The translations under genes were made by a program, and so were the position numbers. Of a DNA stretch of 64,000 nt, positions 1-10,381 are shown piece by piece. Origin of the DNA: Geosiphon pyriformis uo1 (lineage: Eukaryota; Fungi; Glomeromycota); contig JAAOMT010000718.1 in NCBI GenBank assembly GCA_016748015.1, forward strand, positions 124,001-188,000, read 5' to 3'. Within the stretch, counting starts at the first letter, position 1; each line of letters opens with the position of its first letter. The notes below the pieces were generated by a model, which worked only from the letters and a program-made list of their open reading frames with translations, was not told the origin of the DNA and did no database searches.

Positions 1-1135
1 AAAGTTAATTACATATTAAAATTACATTAATTATGTATATTATAATAAGATAAACATATATCATATTATTATTAATTACTATAAAATCATTCTTTTTTTT
101 TTAGTAAAATATGCAATCAAATATTTCATAATAATTTTATCTTATATTATAATAATATGCTATTTATAATATATAATTATAATATAATATAATTATTTTA
201 ACTTATTACATTGTTTTATTTTTTATTTATGTCTTTTATTTTCTGATTTATTGTATCTTTAATTTTATATTTTTAATTTTATTTATTGCTAAACTCTCTT
301 AATATATAAGTTTTTTTTTGTTTTTTATTTTGCATTTAAAGAGTAAAGCCCAACCACTATCTAATACATAGAACCAAACTAAAAGGTTCAAACTAATTGT
401 GATTCATGCACTTTCTATATGTGGCTAGCCACTCAGGCCAGACAAAACAACACTACACACTTATAACTACACATGGATTGGGATCCAAACCAGAAAAAAA
501 CAGACAAGACCTATGACAGCCAAAACTAACCACAAATGACTCAATAATACCAAGCATCCTAACCATTTCATCTGACAAAGCAGAGCTCATGCAACACGAC
601 AAACCTGAGATCAACCCAGCATCTCCAATCAAACCAGCCCACTCTATATCCATCCTATGCTTAGCTCTAGTCAGCCATAACCTAGAACAATACAGCTCTG
701 CCACTCTTTTTACAAAATCCACAATAGCACAAGCAGCTTTTTTCTTATCATCTAAAGTGCTAACAGCTTCTAGACACTAGTCTCTCATAAAAAAACCCTT
801 ACACAAGGATGAATACAGTCCACTATCTAAAGAACAATGACTGAGGTACAGCAAAATGGCAGAAGATAACAAAAGATGAGATCTCAGCAAAGATATCCAC
901 AATGTGGAAGCCTCAGCCAAAATATTCCTCCGAATGCCAACATTCATATCACATGAAAAGACATGGTTGGGCAACTCCATCTCACTACACAGCAAGCACA
1001 GCACACCAAGATAATGCTTGTCATACAATCTCTTTCGAACAGTCATTGGCAGATGGCAGTGAATGACTTTCATCAAATATGAACATAGACCAGAAGATTT
1101 CTGACTAGTAAAACCAGTGAGCATATGCAAATTGG

Positions 1136-2000
1136 TGTTACAGGTGATTATTTCTGCTGTCAAATTAAATAACAAACCTGTAACTTGGTGCTCAAAGCTA
1201 ATTGCAGTTGATATTGATCTGAAGGTTTAGTATCTGAAGGTTTTGGTTGAGTCCTTTGTATAATGAACAGAGATTCAATGGTGTCGATAGTAGATGTATC
1301 TTTCCAAGAGTTTTTCCAATTTCTTTCTCAGCGTGGTAGCCAGATTTAGTCTGGCAGTCGTGCCCTTCTGGTAAGCTATCTGATAATATATATAAAATCC
1401 TACTCTTATTTCTGGGTCTTTTACTAGGCTATCCTTGACGTCAATAACTCAGTACTTAATCTTTTAATTAATTAGTATACAACAAAAAATCAAAGAACAA
1501 AAGAAAATAAAATAAAAAAAAAATAAAAGAAAAAAAAGTAAAGAAAATAAGCCAAGGCAATTTGGTCCGTTAGTATCTCGTCAATAGCCGTGATCAAGAG
1601 CTATTGTTTTAGCGTGGTTAAGTATCAATTACTATCAACATAAAGTGTTGATAGTGGAGAGTGGATTGAGATATGGAATGATTATTTATTTGATGATTAG
1701 TTTCTTGGCTAAGAATTCTGTGGTATCAATTCTGTCTTTTCTGTTTCTAACACTACTGCTATATATACATAATTGAGATTCTTTAATTCCTCGATTCTTC
1801 ATGACAGGAATTCTGGAATTCCTGGAATCCTGCGATTCTGTTGAGAGGAATCCTGGAATTTTGGAATTCTGCAATCCTTCATTGAAAATCCTAAAATTCC
1901 TGGAATCTTGCAATTCCTGAGAGGAATCTTGGAATTCCATATTTACTATACCTACTTCTGATTGGCTAATAATTATGCTAAAATATTTCTATAAGTAACA
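1136..2000 (-). repeat. 3' LTR of Gypsy A (865 bp)
   Basis: Direct repeat of 10382-11246; TG...CA termini; adjacent to the PPT. Confidence 0.96.
1800..1940. repeat. Array of GGAAT(T/C)C(C/T) motifs in U3 of family A/C LTRs
   Basis: About ten degenerate copies of ggaattcc/ggaatcct. Also present at ~11050-11185, ~54090-54230 and ~63355-63495. Confidence 0.8.
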
Positions 2001-2016
2001 TTATTCCCTCCTTTTA
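2001..2016 (-). other. Polypurine tract of Gypsy A
   Basis: Minus strand TAAAAGGAGGGAATAA immediately before the 3' LTR. Same sequence in C at 54299-54314. Confidence 0.85.
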
Positions 2017-2643
2017 ATATTGAGTTCCATTGAAATCTAACTCATGTAATTCCCCCTCTTGAAGTATTTTCTGGATTTTGTTTTCAAGAATTACTTGTGT
2101 TATTTGGGTCTGTAATTCTTCAAATTGAGCATTGATGATTTTTCCCAATTGATTACTAGTCACCATATCCATTGCTCTGTTAAGCAATATTTCTGGTTTA
2201 TCCTGAAATGCTGTGTGTATTTAGTATATGGCTCGGGCTTGTGTGGATAAGTTGTTCTTTCCCAAAAAATGTTCTAATTGTTGTAGTATTCTTTTGTCGA
2301 ATAATCACTTTGTTTTATCCGTATATAGATTCTGAATATTTACATGTTGTCTCAAGTAAAAATAACAATAGTTTTGTGGAAATTGTTGTATCCACCAATT
2401 CCAAGTTTCTTTAGTCAACTCTTGATATAGTAACTCTTTTGTCGATTCTTTTATTGCTAATTTTACTTTCACCATGATTTTGTCCACAGTATTTTCAGTT
2501 TTCTTCTGTGTTCTGGATTGCAATGTCTTTCTAGTATCTTGATATTGAATAGTTTGTTAATTGATTGTAATCTCCATTTCCTGGTGTTGGATTAATTGAA
2601 AGAGTTGTTGTGCTAGTGAGTGAATGTTGTTTGTAATTTCCAT
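2014..2643 (-). pseudogene. Gypsy A ORF3 (extra 3' ORF, 210 codons, unknown function)
   Basis: MEITNNIHSLAQQLF...ELDFNGTQY*. The three internal stops can be explained by C>T changes. Same length in C; homologous to B 14910. Confidence 0.8.
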
Positions 2644-2697
2644 TTTTCTGATATTTCCTGTTGCGTCTACTATGTCTTTATATATTCTTTTGATGAA

Positions 2698-4080
2698 TCA
2701 ATTTAACGTGTTGTTGTCGATAATAATGATTGGTTCCAGATCTCATGGAATCTCATCTGGTTGGACTAGTATTCTCTGTACTCCTAATTGTGGAATATTA
2801 CTGGTAGATAGTAGTGTGATGTTGTAATATGGTTTCAGTCGATCTCCATGTGCTGCTTTGGTTAAAATTTTGTTATCCAATCTTAATTTGTAAGCTCCAT
2901 TTTCTAGAATTTTTTTTATATGAAATGGTCCATCTCATTTGGGGTCGAATTTTCCACTCCATTGTTTTTCCACTTTGGTATGATGTAGTAATACTTTGTC
3001 TCCAATCTTGAATTCAACTGGTTTGTCTGGTAGTTGACTATTATGTCTTTCTTTCTGTTTTTTTTGTGACTTTTGAATATTATCAGCTGCTCTTCTTTGT
3101 TTGTTTTCTAATGTTTCCATTAAGTCATATGTTCTTCTCAGCAATGTTTCTTGAAAATTTTCCTCTGTTATTGGTTCAGCTGGATATGTATTAATTTCTC
3201 TTTCTACTGGTAATGTTGCTATTCTCCCATACACTAATTTAAATGATGTTGTTTGTGTAGTATCTTGTTTCATTGTCTGATAAGCAAATAGTACTGATAG
3301 TATAAACAAATCCCAATTGTTCTGGTTTTTTTGGCTGAGCTTGGCTATTGCTTCACACAATGTTCTGTTGAATCTTTCTACTAATCCGTTGGTTTGTGGA
3401 TGGTATGGTGATAATAATGGTCTTTTGATTCCAAATCTTTGGCTCAATTTTGTTAATGTTTTGTTTACAAAATGAGTTCCTTGGTCTGATAATAATTCTT
3501 TTGGACATCCATATCGACAAATCAACTCCTGATGAATGAATTCGGCAACGGATTCTGCATTCACTTTTTGAATTGCTTTTGCCTCTGGCCATTTAGTGAG
3601 ATAGTCCATAGCTACTGCTATGTATCTGTTTCCTCTGCTGGTAACTGTTAATGGTCTGACTAAATCAATTCCCATATGGTCAAATGGTTGTCTCACTTTG
3701 ATTGGTCTTAATGGTTCACTGGGTCTTGTTTCTCCTTTTCACTGACAAGCATCACAATTTTGAACATATTGAATGATGTCTGGATACATTGATGGCCAAT
3801 AGTATTTTTTTCTAGTTCTTTTTATGGTTGCTTCTTTGTGAAAATGTCCTGCTGTTGGATTTGAGTGCATGTTGAATAATATTGTCTCTTTTTCTGGCTC
3901 CATAATTACTCTGGTTGGTTGATCTGGATCTCTTCTATTTTTCTGATAAAGTATATTTTGGTGAGTGATAAAATATTTTGATTGTTGTTTGATACTTCTT
4001 TGTTCCATATGAGATAAATTCTCCTTGAACTGTTGAGTATTTAGATAATGTTGCAATTGTTGATATTTTTGTATGTTCAT
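2698..4080 (-). pseudogene. Gypsy A integrase (separate ORF starting MNIQKYQQL)
   Basis: H..H/C..C zinc finger (MHSNPTAGH...CDACQ). rve core (GIDL, LSDQGTHF, YHPQTNGLVERFN). GPF-like C-terminal module. Confidence 0.92.
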
Positions 4081-4142
4081 CTTTTGTTGTATTTTCCGTT
4101 GGTATTGTTCTGGTTTTATTATATTTTTGGGTTGAAATGTTC

Positions 4143-5420
4143 TTAGATTTGTCTTATTCACAATAAGCCATCAGCATTTCCGTTGTCTTTTCCCTTTTTG
4201 TAATGTATAATATAATTGTATGATGCAAGTGCCATTTTTCATTTTGACTGTCTTCCATCTCCAAATTCTTGTTTTTGGAGTGATGTTAATCCCTTGTGAT
4301 CTGTGTATACTTCAAACTTCTGGCTCAAGTATTCTTTTCATTTCATAACGGCCCAGTATATTGCTAAGTGTTCTTGTTCCAGTGTTCCATAGTTCTTTTC
4401 GGCTGGTGTTAAATCTCTGCTGGCATATGCTACTGGATGTTCTCTGCCGTCCGATCCTCTCTGAGATAATACTGCTCCCAATGCTTGACTGGATACATCG
4501 GTGGTGATGATGAATAGTTTGCTGTAATCTGGATAGATCAGTACTGGAGCTTGGATGAGCTTTTTCCTCAGAATATCAAAAGCTTTTTGTTGACTTTCTG
4601 TTTATTCATATTTCGCATTTTTGTTTTGTAGTTGATTGAGTGGCTGCGCTATCTTGGAAAAGTTCTTGATAAAATGATGATAGTAACTGGCAAATCCCAA
4701 GAATGATTTCAGTTCTGTTATATTGGTTAGTACTGGAAAGTTCTTTACTATCTCTATTTTCTCTGGATCCGTTTTGATGCCATCTTTGCTGACTATGTGT
4801 CCTAAAAATTTGAGTTCTGTCTTGCCAAAGAAGCATTTTGTTGCATTTAATTTCAGTCTTGCTCTTCTTAGTCTTTCAAACACTTGTTGAAGATGATGAA
4901 AATGATCAACAAACGTTTTTGAGAATACATTGGTGTTGTCCAAGTATACAACTACTGATTTCCACAATAAGCCTGTGTAGACAATTTTCATTAGCCATTG
5001 GAAAGTTGCTGGGGCATTGGTTAAGCTAAATGGCATTACTTCAAATTTGAAATTCCCTTCTCTAGTAGTAAATGCTGTCTTTTTTTTGTCAGCTGGATTC
5101 ATGGCTACTTGCCAGTAACCACTGTCCAAATCTAATGTGGAGAACCATTTGTTCCCACCGAAAGCATCGAATAATTCCTGTATTCGTGAAGTTGGATAAC
5201 TGTCTCTATGAGTTACATCATTGAGTTTCCTGTAGTCTACACAAAACTGGATTTTTCCATTTTTCTTACAGATGAGTACCACTGGTAACAACCATGGACT
5301 CATTGATGGTTGAATTAGCCCATTGTCAAGCATTCTGTTTATCTCTTAACAAATAATCTCGTGGCTGGCTGGCAGCACTCTGTATGCTCTTTGTTTGATT
5401 GGTATTGCATCTCCAGTCTT
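4143..5420 (-). pseudogene. Gypsy A reverse transcriptase and RNase H
   Basis: FCVDYRKLN, LDLDSGYWQ, MPFSLTNAPATF, YLDN (YxDD), FLGH. RNase H TDVS..AYASR..NADGL, ending IRQI-TAA at 4143. Confidence 0.93.
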
Positions 5421-5974
5421 GATCTAATGTTGAATGATGTCAGTTCGGCCAAACTCATTTTTGCTGGCAAAGATGTTATTGAAATTGATGAGTAACATCT
5501 TGAGCTGCATACATTGGAGTGAATCTAAGTTTCCCATGTTCATTTGTTCCAATTGTTCTGGTTGGAGCAAATAACATTCATCTTGTCTATAGATTGTTTG
5601 TGATGTGATGTCAACATATCCACAAAGTTGTGGAAAGTCTGGAATGGGGTTTGGTGGTTGGTCTTCTATTTCTGTGGTTAAATATCCAATGGTGGTTCCT
5701 TCTGGTATGCTGATGACATTGCCAGTATTGTTGTAGATGAGAATTTTTATGCTGCTATAGCTTTTGGCTGGTATGTGGAGATTGATCAACCCAATCTCTC
5801 CCAATTCACAAAGAGTTGCTTCCGCTTCAAATATCTGTTCTTGCTCTTTTTCCTTCCTTTCTATTGCTAACATGTACTGGCTATATGGTGGGATGGAAAT
5901 AGCTTGACCAGTTGAAATAATTTCTTCTTGGCCAACAATTTCTTCCTCTGCTATGTTAATTAGTACATCTATTC

Positions 5975-6401
5975 TACCTGTGGATCTGAATCCCTGTATT
6001 CCTCTCACCGTTATTCCTAATTCCTCCCTCTTTCCTACTGATACTAATTGAGCTATTCTAACCAGAGGCAGAAATATTGCTTGTGCTATCTTTTCATTGG
6101 GCTCTATTACATAGGTCTTTTCTGAGTCATTTTGTAGCATAGTGATGATATTTCCTACATATCCCGCGTCAATTATTCCTCCTCTTATATTAATCCCTCT
6201 TTTCGCTAAACTACTCCTAGATGCTAATTGAACCATGGTTGTTGCCAGAATCTCTAGTACTATTCTCAGATCAATGTAGGTGTGTGAATGTGGTTTTAAT
6301 TTGATGGCATCTTTTCCTGGATATCTCAGATCAAACCCTGCATCAGTATTATGCACACGTTCTGGCATAATACCTTCCCCATTGTCACTATACCATTTCA
6401 A
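5975..6401 (-). pseudogene. dUTPase domain in Gypsy A pol
   Basis: All five trimeric dUTPase motifs: DAGFDL, RSSLA, GIIDAGYVG, KIAQAI, RGIQGFRSTG. Confidence 0.93.
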
Positions 6402-6579
6402 CTCTTGTTCCTTGGAGAGATTTGGTAGTGCAATGTATTGTTCATAGTTTAAATTGGAGTTTGTATCTGAGTTGGAATCATTGTCATTGTTGTTGCCATT
6501 TTGAGCGGAGCTTGAACTGTTGTTGTTATATTATTGTCGAAGTTTGAATCACAATTGATCGGCAATTCTGATTCTGATG

Positions 6580-7275
6580 CACAGCTGCTGATTGGTTCTT
6601 CCTCTTCCAGAATCATGTAGATCATGTGTGGTGGTGGATTGTAAATGAGGTCACACTTATCACAATACTGGAAGTCACAGAGAATTAGGCAGTGTTGACA
6701 TAGTCGAGTGTTCAACTGCTCTAACCATTGTTCTTGTTCTTCCCTTGTGGGTACTAATTCTTGGTAGTGTTCATGGAATTGTTCCGGATCCAGGAGGTTT
6801 ATGATGGGTTCTGCGTCCCAGTCAAGCTCTAAAGGTTCTGGGGGGTTGTCTTTGATCGTTTTTATCTCTTCTGGTGTTGCCCCTTCGATTTTTGCAAATG
6901 CCATTTGCCAAATTTTGTCGTCGTTATGTGGGCAACTGTCCAGTCACTGTACAGTTCTTCTTCAGACTGCTTCTATTGGAGTTCCTTTTCTTACCCAATC
7001 ACTTATTAGAATCATGTATTAACACAATATGTCGCACATTCCTCCACGTCCTGAAATGTTATGCCACATTCCTTTGTCCAAGAGAGTCTCTTCACAAGCT
7101 AAGCATGGCTGATTGTCCCATTTTCCTACTTGTTTTAGTCTTCCAAAGTGTTCAAGGATGCATGGGCAGCAATAGAACCTAGTTGCCATTGAATATTCCT
7201 TATCGTCCCCACAGCATGCACCCATTGACAACAATTTCTTGTCACAATTGACGCATATAAGCTTGGGTCGACAAT
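6580..7275 (-). other. Cys-rich (putative multi-zinc) region between protease and dUTPase
   Basis: CVNC..ACC..YCCPC..KWDNQPCLAC..CDILC..CQHCLILCDFQYCDKC. The pattern is conserved in B, C and the relic at 51.5-52.1 kb. Confidence 0.7.
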
Positions 7276-7599
7276 AGGTAGATTGTTGTGGTATAGTATA
7301 GGTGTTATAAGCAGTGGTGGTTTGAGTGGTCTCTTTTTCTTTTTCTTTTTCCTTCCCTTTATTTTCTTTGTTTTCTTCCCATTCCCAGCTTGAAGTCAGT
7401 TTGCTTTCATCATTGTCGGTCCATGTCAGGTCATCAGTTTCCCAGGTAAGTTCTTCTTTTTGTTTCCCTTTTTTCTTGTTGTTGTCATCTCAGGAGAGTA
7501 TTGGTGGCAGCTTATTGTGCTCTTCATCAGCCCATGATACTTGGTAGGCTTTTCAGGTAGGCTTTTCTTTCTCCTCCTCCAGCTCGATCAATAGTTTCT

Positions 7600-8010
7600 T
7601 TCTTGGAGAAGTTTTGAAATGGCCATATGTGGCTGGAACACATATGTGTTGGCCCTGATACATTAGCTGGAGTTCCTGGGTGTTCCAGTCTAATGTTGCA
7701 TTGACTTTGAATAGCCAGTCATTACCAACAAGAGCTTGGTATTGAGTGGCTTTTATTACTAGAACTTTAATGGGAGTCATGATGCCATTGACTTCAAAAG
7801 GGAAATCGTCGATTTCGCCGATTGGAGTTTTGGTCGCTCCATCAGCTGTGATGATTCTGGCACTGGCAGCTCGATCAACTCAGCAACCTAATTGATCCAT
7901 GAGTTGTCTAGTAATTATGCTGCCAGCTGATCCACTATCTAGGATGAGTTTGATGGGGTGACCATCAACTCTGGCATCCGTGTACATTGCTGTTATGAGT
8001 TTCTTTTCGA
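7600..8010 (-). pseudogene. Gypsy A aspartic protease
   Basis: LILDSGSAGSII active site; ALVGNDWL motif. Confidence 0.9.
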
Positions 8011-8199
8011 GAGCAGCTCTACTGAATAACGGTATTGGTGTGTTTTCTTCGAGTTTGAAAGGAAAGATGGCTGCTAGGAATTCATTACTAGAGATGGTTG
8101 CCGGTAGAATGGTGTTGGTAGGGATGTGCTGATTGGATTCTGTGTTGTTGGATGTGGCGTTTTCTGGGGTAACTAGGAGACTCAAATAATGTTAAGAAT

Positions 8200-10350
8200 T
8201 TGGGTTTTGGACACGACTGGTATCCAAATTCCGGGTGTGTAATCCTGATGGTGGGTTTAGCGAACTGGGGATCAGTTGGTGAACAACCATCGCCAATCTC
8301 CAGTTTTGAGTGACTCTGGATCGAAGGGGTTCTGGGTTGGTGTTTAAATTGGTTGGAATTGATAGATAATTTGTGGCTGCGGCTGATGAATCGGAGGTTG
8401 ATATACTGGTGGTTGATAGATTGGTTGCTGCGTCATGGGCAGGTAATTATTTCGATATTGGTCTTGACTCTGATTGAATAATGATTCGGAGTTTGGAACT
8501 GACAATTGGGGTTTCGATATTGATTTCCCGATTGTTGGTTATTTAGGTGCTGGCGATAGTCAATTTAGATATGTCTTTGTTTATCACAATAGTGGCAGAT
8601 ATGTATTTCCTGTTGCCACTGTTGATTGGTCAATGAAGATGAACGTGGTTGATTTTGGCCATGATTAGAATTTCCTTAATTATTGCGTTATTGTGGAGGC
8701 TGATAAATGGCATGATTGTCAGCTAAGTATCCTTCCAATCTTTTATTAATTGATTCACTGAACTTCTCCAATTTAGAATCCAATTCAGATGATCCATTCA
8801 TTACTAGGTTAATGGTTTGGGCGTGATTAGCCTCTGACTTGGCGGATTCAAAATCTCTGGTGTGTGTAACTGCATCTTGAAGGGTACCTGGATGCAATGA
8901 CTGTACATGTTGCAAGATGCTACTGCGCAGGCCACAAATAAACTGATTGAGTATCTGTGGTGCTGTGAAATAATTGGCGTCAATTGCTTGAATTTGGCAT
9001 AGGTTTTGATGGAAGCATCCCAGGTAAGTGGTGACTGCTTCAGTTTCTTCTTGTTTTATAGTGGTGAATGCATTAACTAGGCAATTGATGCTGTTATTGT
9101 TGCTGAAGTATCTTAGAAATTCCGCTTTGAAGGCATTGAAATCTTGTGGTTTATTAACCAAGCTTTGATACCATGAATTGGCAGTATTCTTGAGAAAGTA
9201 GGGAATGGCTTGCATTGCTCAAGCATCATTCCATCCGTTGGCTGTGATGGCTTTTTCTACATTGTTCAGCCATATTTGAGCATCATTCTCTTCGCCAGTA
9301 AAGTTGTCGAGTTTTGCAATTGGTGCGTAGACCATTGGATCTAAGTTAGGTGGTTGTGGTGGCTGTTAAAGCAGTTGTTGTTGTCCTGGCTGTTGGGGTG
9401 GTAGCTGAAGTGGCTGCTGTATGGGTTCAGCTATGGAATTAATCAGCAGTTGATTGATGACAATTACTGAAGGTAAGTTTTGCTGATTAATTAATTCGGG
9501 TTCTTGATTTCTTTGATTTGGTGGTGTTCGAATATTCGGAATTTTGATTTCTGGATTTTTTAACTATTGCTGAGTTTGAAGGTTCGGGGTTTCAACTTCC
9601 GGGTTTTCAGTGATTGGGTGCTGGTAAGTGAATTCTTGATCCTCTGATTCTTTTTCCTTCTTTTCTGATTCCGCTGCTTCCCACGAATCAGAAATTCTGA
9701 AATCTGGTGGAGGCAGTGATGATCAAAGTCCTGATGGAGTTGATAATCGTGAATTAAATCCCTCAAAGTATTCATCATATGGTCCTAACAATTCTGTTTT
9801 CCTTTGTCTACTTTGGAATAGGAATTGTCCAAATGCTGATGTTGCAGTTGATGTGAATGTGTCTGTTGATGATATGTTGATGGCGCTTCCAGGTGTATAG
9901 TGGTAGGATGGGTTGCTTGGAGATTCAACTCTGTTTTTTTTCCAAGCAGGTGGCTGTATTTTTCTGGGCATTACTACTGGTGTTTGTAATTTTCCCTTGC
10001 CTTTACTAGCGTATGTAATTGGATATCTTTGTTGAATGTGATGTTTAATTTCTTTGTTGATCTCAGTGATGATGGATGTGAAATTATAATTTGTTGGTAG
10101 GTTGGTGTTTTGAATTAATTTCTTATAGAAAGTTTCTCTTGCTGATTCAGTATTCACTGGTGTTCTTAATAAAGAGAAAATCTTTTCATTGACGTAGAAA
10201 TTGAAGGCTGATTTGGTGGATATATGATTGTGGTTTAATCCCAAGTATTGACAATAGTGTTGAAATAAGGATTTTGTGAATCCTAAATGGTTTGCTCCTA
10301 TAGTTTCTAATTCTGCCACTTTTGGTTTGGTGTTGTCGGTGCTGGTTTTC
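8200..10350 (-). pseudogene. Gypsy A gag with long N-terminal extension
   Basis: Capsid-like region MVYAPIAKLDNFTGE...NQFICGL. Decayed CCHC knuckle CHYCDKQRHI*IDY at ~8560-8600. The upstream 9723-10319 ORF is in the same frame. Confidence 0.85.
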
Positions 10351-10362
10351 TGTAGGATTATA

Positions 10363-10379
10363 CCTCACAAGGAGCACCA
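10363..10379 (-). other. Primer-binding site of Gypsy A (TGGTGCTCCTTGTGAGG), tRNA-Ile(UAU)-like
   Basis: TGG starts 2 nt after the 5' LTR. Complement resembles the eukaryotic tRNA-Ile(UAU) 3' end (...CCTCACnnGGAGCA-CCA). The tRNA identity is inferred from memory. Confidence 0.75.
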
Positions 10380-10381
10380 AA

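Noticed and set aside
1686-1940. 84-aa ORF repeated at 10932-11186
   Set aside because: It is a translation of the LTR motif array, is duplicated only because LTRs are, and is not intact in the C LTRs.
1800-1940. CRISPR-like appearance of the short palindromic repeats
   Set aside because: No constant repeat with unique spacers, no cas genes, and a eukaryotic LTR context.
2014-2643. ORF3 as an envelope gene or chromodomain
   Set aside because: No signal peptide, TM helix, furin site or chromodomain aromatic pattern is visible.
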